A stretch of 64,000 nt of DNA from Eubacteriales bacterium (lineage in GTDB: Bacteria; Bacillota; Clostridia; Oscillospirales; CAG-272), in NCBI GenBank assembly GCA_045585895.1, contig JAZMZI010000144.1:647-64646 (forward strand). Direction: 5' to 3'. The position numbers were made by a program, and so were the translations under genes. The notes under the pieces were generated by a model, which was given only the letters and a program-made list of their open reading frames with translations, was not told the DNA's origin and did not search any database. Of the stretch, positions 38,039-47,666 are shown piece by piece. Position 1 is the first letter of the stretch. Every line of letters starts with the position of its first letter.

Positions 38039-38194
38039 GAAAACGTGCAATATAGTGTGTTTTTAAGGTAAATTTTATCGATTATTCAACTAATTTTATG
38101 AATATATCATGGAAAACACCTATAGTTTTTGTTATAATTATTATGACGGTAGCCAAACTGCCGAGAATGAATAATTTTTTGGAGGTAAAATATT

Positions 38195-39505
38195 ATGGGA
38201 AAACAAACGACTGATTTCAGATATAACACGGGTGCCACAAAAGTGCCGTGGGCAGCGGTCGGCGAAAACTATAACGTTCACGATCTTATGGAGATTATCC
38301 GCTTCCTTATGCAGGGTCAGGGCAAGGAATACGAGGATGCGCTTGAAGCAGTATGGACTCAGGTCAAGAAGCTCGACGCTCTTGCGACCCCTCCCGGAAA
38401 GCTCTCTCTCGGAAGCAAGGTAGAAGCAGCGGAGGCGGCTTGCAACGAATATCTTAAGACAGAATCCTCCACATTCGTAACTAACGCGACCGCAGGCTTT
38501 GAAATTGCTTATAAGTATGCAAATCTCAAGCCGGGCGACGAAGTAATCGTGCCCGCTATAACATTTGTTGCAACTATGGCATATCCTCTTGCGATCGGAT
38601 GTAAGCTCGTATTTGCAGACGTAGATCCCAGAACCATCAATATGGATCCCGCAGACGTAGAGAGAAAGATCACACCCAAGACCAAGATGATCGTTCCCGT
38701 ACATATCGGTGGTTATCCCGTTGACCTTGATCCCATCCTTGAAATTGCAAAGAAGCACGATATCGTCGTCCTTGAGGACGCGGCTCACGCTTTCGGCGCT
38801 ATGTATAAGGGAAGAATGGTGGGTACGATCGGTGACTTCGGTGCATTCTCAATGCATGAGGTCAAGAACATCACATCCTTCGGCGAGGGCGGTATACTTT
38901 GCACCTCCATTCCCGAATACACTCCCCACATGAAGAGAGCGCGATTCCTCGGACTTGATTTCACTTGCCCCATCAAGGATTGGCTCTATAATATCACTCC
39001 AATCCCCGGAAAGGAAGCTCCCTTCGTTCCCGGAAATTCTTCTACCACTGAGATTCAGGGACTTGGACTTACCCTTCAGGTTCAGAGAAATGAGGAAATA
39101 ATTGCGATCCGTCGCAAAGCTGCAACATACCTCACCAACAGATTTGCAGAGAACGACGCTATTATTCCTCAGCTTCTCGACAGCGACGAGATCAAGCCCA
39201 CTTATCACCTCTATCTGCTCCAGATCGACCCCGCAAAGGCAGGCGCAGACATTCAGGTGCTTAAGAAGAAGCTTGAAAAGAAGGGTGTTACTCAGATCGC
39301 TCACTTTGGTCCTCTCTACCGCTTCAAGATCGTTCAGGATATGGGATACGACTCCGACGAGATCGCAAAGACCTGTCCTAACTGTGAGGAAGTATTCTAT
39401 AAGAGATTTACTCACCTTCCTCTCTATGGCCTCTCCGTCGAGCAGCTTGAATATATGGCTGACGCAGTTCTTGAGTCTGTTGCGGAAATGCAGAGAGGCG
39501 AATAA
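38195..39505 (+). CDS. DegT/DnrJ/EryC1/StrS-family PLP-dependent aminotransferase with an N-terminal extension (436 aa)
   Basis: The motifs NATAGFEIAY, GDEVIVPAITFVAT, EDAAHAFGA and FSMHEVKNITSFGEGG (PLP Lys context) are present. Confidence 0.85.
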   Translation: MGKQTTDFRYNTGATKVPWAAVGENYNVHDLMEIIRFLMQGQGKEYEDALEAVWTQVKKLDALATPPGKLSLGSKVEAAEAACNEYLKTESSTFVTNATAGFEIAYKYANLKPGDEVIVPAITFVATMAYPLAIGCKLVFADVDPRTINMDPADVERKITPKTKMIVPVHIGGYPVDLDPILEIAKKHDIVVLEDAAHAFGAMYKGRMVGTIGDFGAFSMHEVKNITSFGEGGILCTSIPEYTPHMKRARFLGLDFTCPIKDWLYNITPIPGKEAPFVPGNSSTTEIQGLGLTLQVQRNEEIIAIRRKAATYLTNRFAENDAIIPQLLDSDEIKPTYHLYLLQIDPAKAGADIQVLKKKLEKKGVTQIAHFGPLYRFKIVQDMGYDSDEIAKTCPNCEEVFYKRFTHLPLYGLSVEQLEYMADAVLESVAEMQRGE

Positions 39506-39517
39506 TAGGGTGACGGC

Positions 39518-40558
39518 ATGAGAAAGATCAAATGGGGCGTTATCGCCTGCGGTGGTATCGCTGATAGAAGAACTCTCCCCGGAATGATGCTCTCCGAGAC
39601 CGCAGAGCTTATCGCGGTTATGGACGTAAACGCCGATTTTGCCGAAAAGTGCAGAGAAAAATACGGTGCTAAGTACGCCTTTACCAATTATGAGGAGCTT
39701 CTCGCACTTGACGAGATAGAGGCGGTATACATCGCTTCTCCCGTCTTTTGTCACAAAGAACAGGCTTTAGCCGCCGCAAAATCAGGGAAGCATATTCTCC
39801 TTGAAAAGCCTATGGGACTTACGGTGGCCGACAGCGAGGAGATCATCGCAGCTTGCGATGCCGCCGGTGTTAAGCTCGGCGTTGGCTTTATGATGCGCTT
39901 CCACGCATATCATCAGGCTATAAAAAAGGTTATTGCGGACGGCGTAATAGGTGATATCGTTTCTATGAGAGCACAGTTTACCTGCTGGTATCCCGAAATA
40001 GAGAATTGCTGGAGACAGGATAAGACTCTTTCGGGAGGCGGCGCGCTTATGGATATGGGAATCCATTGTATCGATCTTCTTCAGTATCTTTCGGGGCTTG
40101 AAGCGGTCGAGTGCGTAGGATTTGCTCAGCACCAGACCTTTAACTATACCGCAGACGACTCCGCAAGCGTTCTTATGAAGATGAACAACGGCGCATTGGC
40201 TTACGTTGACGCTAACTTCAACATTCCAGATGCGGCGGCAAAATGTCCACTTGAATTCTACGGAACAAAGGGAAGCATCGTTGCTATTGGCACACTTTCG
40301 CAGGTTGAGGGCGGCACAGTCGAGATACTTGCTTGCCCCGAAGCTAAAGGATACGATGCCCAACAGGACCGCTCTCTTGTTGAGCCTGTGAGTCTTAAAG
40401 TTGAGTTCGGTAATATGTATACTAAGGAGCTTGATGCCTTCGCTAATGCGGTAATAAATGGTCAAGAACCACCTGTGAATGGTAAAAATACCATTGCGGT
40501 ACAAAAGATCATCGAATCAGTTTATAAATCTGGCGGTAATTGCACAAAGATAGTATAA
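39518..40558 (+). CDS. Gfo/Idh/MocA-family oxidoreductase
   Basis: It has the KWGVIACGGIA Rossmann N-terminus and the LLEKP motif. It starts 12 nt after the aminotransferase stop. Confidence 0.85.
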   Translation: MRKIKWGVIACGGIADRRTLPGMMLSETAELIAVMDVNADFAEKCREKYGAKYAFTNYEELLALDEIEAVYIASPVFCHKEQALAAAKSGKHILLEKPMGLTVADSEEIIAACDAAGVKLGVGFMMRFHAYHQAIKKVIADGVIGDIVSMRAQFTCWYPEIENCWRQDKTLSGGGALMDMGIHCIDLLQYLSGLEAVECVGFAQHQTFNYTADDSASVLMKMNNGALAYVDANFNIPDAAAKCPLEFYGTKGSIVAIGTLSQVEGGTVEILACPEAKGYDAQQDRSLVEPVSLKVEFGNMYTKELDAFANAVINGQEPPVNGKNTIAVQKIIESVYKSGGNCTKIV

Positions 40559-40565
40559 AATCGCT

Positions 40566-40600
40566 AAAAACCCTTTTCGCTGAATGCGAAAAGGGTTTTT
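40566..40600. terminator. Bidirectional terminator
   Basis: The sequence reads AAAAACCCTTTTCGC-TGAAT-GCGAAAAGGGTTTTT. Confidence 0.8.
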
Positions 40601-40606
40601 ACATAT

Positions 40607-41533
40607 TTATTGTTTTTTTCTGAACGCCCCGGGAGTAATTCCGTATTTTTTCTTAAAGAGCCTTTGAAAATGCTCAACGCTGCTGTAGCCGACCTTTCGG
40701 GCGATCTCATCAACGGTCAGATCAGTATTTTTAAGGAAAAAGCAAGCGTGGCTGAGCTTCATATCAATAAGAGTCTGGTTAAAGCTTTTTCCCGTACTTT
40801 GCAGAAACAGTCTGCAAATATGCGTTTTGGAGTAAAAGAATTTTTGGGATAATTCATCGAGCGTTACGGTGGCGTATTTCTCGGACATATATATGAGAAA
40901 ATTGATCATCTTATAAGAGCTGGCGCCTCTGCCGTCAGAAAGTCGGCAAAAGTCGTTTCCTTGTCCCAAAACACATAAATATTCTATAATGGCCGCCTCT
41001 TGTAGAAGGTAAACCCAAGGAGAATCATTTACGTTTGAAAGATTTGCTATCTTGTCAGCGTATATAAGCGAAGTGCTGTTTTCGGCGTAAGGACATATCA
41101 GATATTTGTAGTAATCCTCGTGAGGAGCTCTTTCGAGAAAAGAAAACAAAGGAGTGTGAGTAGGTTTTATGCATTCAAACTTTTTGTATAACCAATCTTT
41201 TTCAATCAGAAAATTGTAGACCTTACAACCGTTATCGGCGTATAACGTATGAAAGACTCCTGGATGTATGAAAATCATATCACCCTTTTTCATCATAATA
41301 TTTTCGTCCTCGACGAGATTGATGCAGCTACCGTCGTAAACGTAATTGATTTCAAAAAATTCGTGCGTATGATATTCGCTGATGTGATTTGATTGATGTG
41401 TTCTTACGGATACTTTTTGATTGATAACGTCGCAGAAAAGGGACATCTTCAAGACGATATCCTTGCTGTTATTTTTCTTGATCTGTAATCGTTCAAGTAT
41501 TAAATCGATTTTATTGTTGCTCGTTTTCAACAT
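40607..41533 (-). CDS. AraC-family transcriptional regulator
   Basis: It has a cupin-like N-terminus (HTHEFFEINYV) and the HTH_18 C-terminus (VDEIARKVGYSSVEHFQRLFKKKYG). Confidence 0.85.
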   Translation of the reverse strand: MLKTSNNKIDLILERLQIKKNNSKDIVLKMSLFCDVINQKVSVRTHQSNHISEYHTHEFFEINYVYDGSCINLVEDENIMMKKGDMIFIHPGVFHTLYADNGCKVYNFLIEKDWLYKKFECIKPTHTPLFSFLERAPHEDYYKYLICPYAENSTSLIYADKIANLSNVNDSPWVYLLQEAAIIEYLCVLGQGNDFCRLSDGRGASSYKMINFLIYMSEKYATVTLDELSQKFFYSKTHICRLFLQSTGKSFNQTLIDMKLSHACFFLKNTDLTVDEIARKVGYSSVEHFQRLFKKKYGITPGAFRKKQ

Positions 41534-41613
41534 TCATCACCCATAATATTATACATTATATGTTGATAAAAGTCAATATACTTTTTTCAACATTTTATAT
41601 TTTAACTTTTCTA

Positions 41614-41642
41614 TTGAAAATTTAATAAATCGGTGGTATAAT
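41614..41642 (+). promoter_or_regulatory. Sigma-A promoter for glgB
   Basis: The sequence reads TTGAAA-17 nt-TATAAT, with TG at -15/-14. Confidence 0.5.
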
Positions 41643-41675
41643 ATAACTATAGTTCAATTTGAAAGGATAAACGTT

Positions 41676-43670
41676 ATGTCATACAAAATATTCGAGCACG
41701 ATCCGCTGCTTTTGCCTTTTGAAAAGGATATTGAGCTTCGTATGGATAACTATGCGAGGAAAAGGCTTTCCATCGTTGGAAAAGGGGGAAGTCTTTCCGA
41801 TTTTGCCAACGGACACGAATATTTTGGTTTTCATAAAACCGAGAACGGCTGGATATACCGCGAATGGGCACCTGCCGCAGACGAGGTCTATTTAACGGGT
41901 GACTTCGTCGATTGGCGTTGGCTTGACAGGAAAATGACCCCCGTAGGTAATGGCGTTTTTGAAATATTCATTGAAGGCAAAGAAACGCTTTACAATGGTT
42001 GTCACGTTGCCGCTATCGTCCGTAACGGAGAAAAGCTTTTGCAGAGAATACCTCTTTATATTCGCCGCGTTGAACAGGATCCCGTTACCTATGCTTGGTG
42101 CGGCGTTATCGTCGACGAGCCTGAATACAAGTGGAAAAAGAAGAGCTTTACACCTAAAAAAGATCTTTATATTTACGAATGTCATATCGGTATGGCGCAG
42201 GAAAAGGAGGGGATTGGAACCTATCTTGAATTTAAAGATAATATTCTTCCCGGAATTAAAGATCTTGGATACAATACTATTCAGATAATGGCGATAATGG
42301 AGCATCCGTATTACGGATCCTTCGGCTATCAGGTGTCGTCATTCTTTGCGGCATCATCCAAATTCGGTACTTCTAACGATTTAAAGGAGCTTATAGATGC
42401 GGCGCACTCAATGGGAATCGCGGTGCTTCTCGACGTTGTTCACTCTCACGCGGTAAAGAATACCGCAGAGGGAATCAACGAATTTGACGGCACCACCTAT
42501 CAGTTCTTTCATGAAGGAGACAGGGGAGATCACCCCGCTTGGGGAACAAAGCTCTTTAATTATGACAAAAATGAGGTCATACATTTCCTGCTTTCCAATC
42601 TGAAATTCTGGATGGAGGAATATCATTTTGACGGGTTCCGTTTCGACGGTGTGACCTCTATGATCTATCACGATCACGGTCTCGGCGTTGCCTTTACCGA
42701 TTATTCAAAATATTTTTCAATGAATACCGATACAGAGGCTATCACTTATCTCCAGCTTGCAAACGAGCTGATCAGGGAGGTCAATCCTAAGGCAATCACC
42801 ATAGCCGAGGATATGTCTGCTATGCCGGGAATGTGCCTTCCCATAAGCGAGGGCGGAATAGGATTTGATTACCGCCTTGCAATGGGTACGCCCGATATGT
42901 GGATTAAGCTCCTCAAAAACGTTCCAGACGAGCATTGGGATATGTGGCAGATATTCTGCGAGCTGACGGGAAGAAGACCCGCGGAAAAGTATATCGGATA
43001 CGCCGAATCCCACGACCAGGCGTTGGTTGGCGACAAGACGATAATGTTCCGCCTCTGCGATAGCAAAATGTACACCTCCATGTCCAAATTCACCCCCGAT
43101 CCCGTTATTGACCGTGGAATTGCCCTTCACAAGATGATAAGAATGGTGACGATGACTATCGGCGGCGAGGGATATCTGAACTTTATGGGTAACGAGTTCG
43201 GTCACCCCGAATGGATAGATTTTCCCAGAGAGGGAAACGGTTGGAGCTATTTTTACTGCCGACGTCAGTGGCATCTTGCCGATGATACGACGCTTCGCTA
43301 CGGATATCTCCGAGAGTTCGACAAGGCGATAGTTAAATTAACGAGTGATAAAAAGATTTATCGAAAAAAGCCCAATTGTCTTTTTATCGGCAACGACGAT
43401 AAGGTAATTAACTACGAGCGCGGAGGACTTGTGTTTGCTTTCAATTTCCACCCCACGAACAGTTACGAGGGATATTGGATAACCGTTCCCAAGGCAGGAA
43501 AATACAAGGTTATTATGTCCACCGACGAGGGTAAATTCGGCGGATTTGACCGCATTTCCAAGGAATATATCTACACCGCTGAAAAACATCCAGACAAAAA
43601 AGCCAAGCTTCAAATATATCTGCCTCCGAGAACTGCCGTGTGTTTGGTTAAGGTCAAGGACGAAAAATGA
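41676..43670 (+). CDS. glgB: 1,4-alpha-glucan branching enzyme (GH13, eukaryote-like short form)
   Basis: The motifs YECHIGM, LLDVVHSHA, GFRFDGVTSM, AEDMS, and YAESHDQALVGDK are present. Confidence 0.88.
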   Translation: MSYKIFEHDPLLLPFEKDIELRMDNYARKRLSIVGKGGSLSDFANGHEYFGFHKTENGWIYREWAPAADEVYLTGDFVDWRWLDRKMTPVGNGVFEIFIEGKETLYNGCHVAAIVRNGEKLLQRIPLYIRRVEQDPVTYAWCGVIVDEPEYKWKKKSFTPKKDLYIYECHIGMAQEKEGIGTYLEFKDNILPGIKDLGYNTIQIMAIMEHPYYGSFGYQVSSFFAASSKFGTSNDLKELIDAAHSMGIAVLLDVVHSHAVKNTAEGINEFDGTTYQFFHEGDRGDHPAWGTKLFNYDKNEVIHFLLSNLKFWMEEYHFDGFRFDGVTSMIYHDHGLGVAFTDYSKYFSMNTDTEAITYLQLANELIREVNPKAITIAEDMSAMPGMCLPISEGGIGFDYRLAMGTPDMWIKLLKNVPDEHWDMWQIFCELTGRRPAEKYIGYAESHDQALVGDKTIMFRLCDSKMYTSMSKFTPDPVIDRGIALHKMIRMVTMTIGGEGYLNFMGNEFGHPEWIDFPREGNGWSYFYCRRQWHLADDTTLRYGYLREFDKAIVKLTSDKKIYRKKPNCLFIGNDDKVINYERGGLVFAFNFHPTNSYEGYWITVPKAGKYKVIMSTDEGKFGGFDRISKEYIYTAEKHPDKKAKLQIYLPPRTAVCLVKVKDEK

Positions 43671-43697
43671 AAATAACAATCGTAAATACGTAAAAAC

Positions 43698-43725
43698 GCC
43701 ACGGTTTTAAACCGTGGCATTTTTA
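43698..43725. terminator. Bidirectional terminator between glgB and nadE
   Basis: The stem GCCACGGTT-TTA-AACCGTGGC is followed by a T-run. Confidence 0.75.
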
Positions 43726-43728
43726 TAC

Positions 43729-45669
43729 TCATAAAACATTTTCTTTGATCTCTTGGATTTCCTTTTTCCAAATCGTATTTGTAACGTCGGAAGGCATTTT
43801 GAAATCGTTATAAGAAAGGGCTACGGAACCAACCTTGGGGCCGTCGGGGAGGCAGGAACGCTTGAATTGCTGGGCGAAGAATCGCTTTGTGAATACCTCG
43901 AGCCACTTGAGAAGCGTTGCATCGTCATAAACACCCGTAAAGGCAATTTTTGCAAGTCTGAAAAGCTTTTTGGGGGTATATCCGTGCTTTACAAAATTAT
44001 AGATATAGAAATCGTGAAGCTCGTAAGGACCGACGAGATCCTCGGTGACCTGCGCTATCTCTCCGTTTTCCTTGGCGGGAAGAAGCTCGGGAGAAACGGG
44101 TGTGTTGAGAATGTCGTAAAGGGCATAGGCAAGCTCCGTTTCGCCATTGTTGTTTGCTGTATCCGCATAGTGTTTTACAACGTATCTTATAAGAGTTTTG
44201 GGAATAGAGCCGTTAACGCCGTACATCGACATATGGTCGCCGTTGTAGGTAGCCCAGCCAAGGGCAAGCTCGGAAAGGTCACCCGTACCTACTACTATTC
44301 CGCCCTCGGCGTTGGCAATATCCATAAGAACCTGAGTTCTTTCGCGCGCCTGTGCATTCTCGTAAACTACGTTGTGATTACTCATATCGTGTCCGATATC
44401 CTTGAAATGCTGTTCAACCGCGGCAAAAATATCGACCTCGCGGAAATCCACGCCAAGTTTTTCGCAGAGTACGGTGGCGTTATTTTTAGTTCTCTTGGTC
44501 GTACCGAAGCAGGGCATAGTAACTGCGATAATATCATTTCTGTCGCGCCCCAAAAAGTCCATGGCCTTTGCCATAACGAGTATTGCAAGACAGGAATCAA
44601 GACCTCCCGAAATGCCGACGACCGCCTTCTTCGAATAAGAAGCTTCTATTCTTCTTGCAAGTCCTACCGACTGAATTGACAATATTTCTTCACATCTTGC
44701 CGCGCAAACCTCTTTGTTGTCGGGAATAAATGGATGTGAGTTTATGGTTCTTGTTATTTCAGTATCTTCTAACATAAGATCGAATTCAATTTCCGAATAT
44801 TCAATCCCGAGAGTGTTTTTTGTGAAAGTATTTTTACCTCTGCGCTCGTGAACAATATTTTGGAGGTCGATCTCACTGATAAGAAGCTCGCCTGTTTCGA
44901 AAGGAGCTTTTTCTGCAAGTATCTTACCGTTTTCAACAATCATTGAATGACCCGAGAAAACAACGTTTGACGTCGATTCGCCAATACCAGCGCCCGCATA
45001 GATATAACCACAAAGAGAACGGGCAGACTGTGAAGTAACAAGAATCCTTCTGAAGTCGTCTTTTCCAACAAGCTCACCGGAAGCCGAGGGGTTGGCAATA
45101 ACGGTAGCGCCAGCCGCCGTGAGAAGCGACGAGGAGGGGAGAGAAACGAAAAGATCCTCGCATATTTCTACACCAAGACGGAGAGACGGCATAGAGCGGC
45201 AAACGAAAAACTGTTTGGTTCCAAGCATTACCACGCTATCATCAAAAACGTAAGCAAAGCTGTCGTCTGGTGCAGGTGCGAAACATCTCGTCTCAAACGC
45301 CTCTGCAAAATCGGGCAGATTTTTCTTGGGTACAAGACCTAAAAGTTGACCTCCGGATACAACTGCAGCACAGTTATACACTTTATCACTGAAGCTTACG
45401 GGAAGACCTACTACCGATACCATACCCAATGTTGCCGTTCCGTAAACGTATTGGCGAAGAGCATCCAGCGCACCGTTGAGCAGAGTTTCGGTATTAAAAA
45501 GATCTCCGCATGAATAACCCGTGAGAGACAATTCGGGAAATACAAGCACCTTGACACCTGCTTCACTTGCACTTTCTGCAAGCGAAATACAGGATCTCGC
45601 GTTAAAATCGGTATCTGCGATTTTCAAATTTGGCGTTGCCGCAGCAACTTTAATAAAACCGTCTTTCAT
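43729..45669 (-). CDS. nadE: Glutamine-dependent NAD+ synthetase (CN-hydrolase plus NAD synthase domains)
   Basis: The N-terminus is nitrilase-like (FPELSLTGY, ICEDL). The C-terminus has the GISGGLDS PP-loop. Confidence 0.88.
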   Translation of the reverse strand: MKDGFIKVAAATPNLKIADTDFNARSCISLAESASEAGVKVLVFPELSLTGYSCGDLFNTETLLNGALDALRQYVYGTATLGMVSVVGLPVSFSDKVYNCAAVVSGGQLLGLVPKKNLPDFAEAFETRCFAPAPDDSFAYVFDDSVVMLGTKQFFVCRSMPSLRLGVEICEDLFVSLPSSSLLTAAGATVIANPSASGELVGKDDFRRILVTSQSARSLCGYIYAGAGIGESTSNVVFSGHSMIVENGKILAEKAPFETGELLISEIDLQNIVHERRGKNTFTKNTLGIEYSEIEFDLMLEDTEITRTINSHPFIPDNKEVCAARCEEILSIQSVGLARRIEASYSKKAVVGISGGLDSCLAILVMAKAMDFLGRDRNDIIAVTMPCFGTTKRTKNNATVLCEKLGVDFREVDIFAAVEQHFKDIGHDMSNHNVVYENAQARERTQVLMDIANAEGGIVVGTGDLSELALGWATYNGDHMSMYGVNGSIPKTLIRYVVKHYADTANNNGETELAYALYDILNTPVSPELLPAKENGEIAQVTEDLVGPYELHDFYIYNFVKHGYTPKKLFRLAKIAFTGVYDDATLLKWLEVFTKRFFAQQFKRSCLPDGPKVGSVALSYNDFKMPSDVTNTIWKKEIQEIKENVL

Positions 45670-45700
45670 TTAAAATGACCGTTCCTTTTCAATTTTATAC

Positions 45701-45982
45701 TTAAGATTCGTCTGAATTTGAGTCGTTATAATCGTTTCCATCAAGCTCAGACTTTTTTGCTTTCCTTTTGTTGCTTGCAATAATTATAAAAATAAACAAT
45801 ATAGCAACCACAAATGCAGAAAACGGAGATTTGTCAAGTGCGTTAAACAGTGCACCTGCGGCTGATGAAGCCACTATTCCTATAATTCCCAAAAGCTTAT
45901 TACTTTTTAAAAATCCAAAAAATAAGGGGATAATTCCGCACAAAACGCCAACAAAAAAACCAATAATGATTTTTGTTTCCAT
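45701..45982 (-). CDS. Small membrane protein (93 aa) with an acidic tail
   Basis: It has three predicted hydrophobic helices. It lies 31 nt upstream of nadE on the same strand. Confidence 0.55.
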   Translation of the reverse strand: METKIIIGFFVGVLCGIIPLFFGFLKSNKLLGIIGIVASSAAGALFNALDKSPFSAFVVAILFIFIIIASNKRKAKKSELDGNDYNDSNSDES

Positions 45983-46115
45983 TTTGACGCATTCCTCCCT
46001 TGAATCAGTGTTATTTAATATATTTTAACACGTTATTTAAAAAATGTCAACATAATTGGTGTAAATAATGCTGATTTTTTTGCGAAAAATAATATGAGAA
46101 AGGAGTTGAAAACAA

Positions 46116-46901
46116 ATGAAAAAAAGAACTCTGTTATTTTCGTCGCTGTCCGTTATATTAGTGATTTTTGCAACGGTAAACGCAGTTGCTTTAAATGGAA
46201 ACGGGCACAGCTGGTATTGCGTTCATAGAAAGGATCATCTTCAACCCGTTGCCGATCCTCAATTTGATTTTATTGAAAATTACGACGGATATTATATTGA
46301 TAAAACGAAGGGAAACGACAGTGAAGATAAGGTTATTTACCTGACCTTTGATGCAGGCTACGAAAACGGAAATATTGAAAAAACCTTAGACATCTTGAAG
46401 AATCAAAACGTTACCGGAGCTTTCTTTATACTCGGAAATCTGGTGACTTCAAATCCTCAAACGGTAAAGCGGATGTTTGATGAAGGTCATCTTGTATGCA
46501 ATCATACCTACACTCATAAAAGTATGGTGAACAAAAAAACAGATGAGATCCAAAAAGAATTACAAGCACTTGAAAAGGCTTGCTCAGACACTTTTGGGGT
46601 TGAGGTTGCAAAATATTACAGACCTCCCGAAGGTCGATTTGATGAAAAATCATTAAAAACAGTGAAAGATTTGGGATATAAGACAATATTCTGGAGCTTT
46701 GCCTATGAGGATTGGGATAACAATAAGCAAATGTCTCCCGAAAAAGCAAAAGCCAAGATAATGGATAATATCCATAATGGGGAAGTAATGCTTTTACACC
46801 CAACGTCGGAAACCAATGCAAAAATACTTGAAGAAATTATCGTAGATCTGAAATCTCAGGGATACAGGTTCGGGACGCTTGATGAGCTGTGTAGGCGGTG
46901 A
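46116..46901 (+). CDS. pdaA: Polysaccharide deacetylase, PdaA-like (delta-lactam-biosynthetic de-N-acetylase type)
   Basis: It has a signal or anchor sequence and the motifs VIYLTFDAGYENG, TGAFFILG, and HTYTH, and YRPPEG (NodB motifs). Confidence 0.75.
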   Translation: MKKRTLLFSSLSVILVIFATVNAVALNGNGHSWYCVHRKDHLQPVADPQFDFIENYDGYYIDKTKGNDSEDKVIYLTFDAGYENGNIEKTLDILKNQNVTGAFFILGNLVTSNPQTVKRMFDEGHLVCNHTYTHKSMVNKKTDEIQKELQALEKACSDTFGVEVAKYYRPPEGRFDEKSLKTVKDLGYKTIFWSFAYEDWDNNKQMSPEKAKAKIMDNIHNGEVMLLHPTSETNAKILEEIIVDLKSQGYRFGTLDELCRR

Positions 46902-46906
46902 TATGA

Positions 46907-47620
46907 GTGAATAAGTTATTCAAACCGATTATTTATATTCTGATTATTGCTATAGTATTAAACAGTATATTCATTTTGAACGTTCTGGGTACAAAAGAAA
47001 ACGATAATAATCTTGACGACGTTGACATATACCGTAAAAAAGATAACGAATTTATGAAAATAGCCCTGACATTTGATGACGGTCCGCATCCAAGATACAC
47101 TCCGCAGATACTTGATATTTTGGATAAATACGGTATAAAAGCTACTTTTTTTGCCATAGGAGTTAATGCAGACAATTATCCCGACACGATGGAGATGGTG
47201 ATAAAGCGAGGACATGAAATAGGGAATCACACTTACTCCCATCCTCACGTCAGTCGTTTAGATTCCGATACTCTTTGCGGTGAAGTTGAAAAATGCGAGG
47301 CGGCACTTTACAGTCATACCGATTTCAGGACCAAACTGTTCAGGCCTCCGGAGGGGATGGTCGACGGTTACGTTAAAAGCGTTATAAAGCAGTTGGACTA
47401 CAAAGTCATTCTTTGGGATATAGATACTATGGACTGGGCACACACTCCACCGCAAAAAATAGCGGAAAACGTAATAAACAGTATTTCGTCGGGAGATATC
47501 ATTCTTATGCACGATTACGTTTCTTATAACAGTCCAACTCCCGAAGCGTTGGAGTTGTTTATACCTGTATTGCTTGAAAAAGGATATAATTTTGTTGTTG
47601 TAAGCGAGCTGATCGGATAA
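46907..47620 (+). CDS. Polysaccharide deacetylase (NodB domain), membrane-anchored
   Basis: The motifs LTFDDGPHP, HTYSHP, FRPPEG and ILMHD are present. The start codon is GTG. Confidence 0.8.
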   Translation: MNKLFKPIIYILIIAIVLNSIFILNVLGTKENDNNLDDVDIYRKKDNEFMKIALTFDDGPHPRYTPQILDILDKYGIKATFFAIGVNADNYPDTMEMVIKRGHEIGNHTYSHPHVSRLDSDTLCGEVEKCEAALYSHTDFRTKLFRPPEGMVDGYVKSVIKQLDYKVILWDIDTMDWAHTPPQKIAENVINSISSGDIILMHDYVSYNSPTPEALELFIPVLLEKGYNFVVVSELIG

Positions 47621-47628
47621 AAAAATGC

Positions 47629-47663
47629 AAAAACTCCGAAATCATCAAAATTTCGGAGTTTTT
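47629..47663. terminator. Bidirectional terminator
   Basis: The arms AAAAACTCCGAAAT and ATTTCGGAGTTTTT flank the loop. Confidence 0.75.
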
Positions 47664-47666
47664 AAA

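Noticed and set aside
38849-40504. 301-aa and 240-aa minus-strand ORFs
   Set aside because: They are antisense to the aminotransferase and oxidoreductase genes and have no motifs.
43753-44679. 308-aa plus-strand ORF
   Set aside because: It is antisense to nadE.
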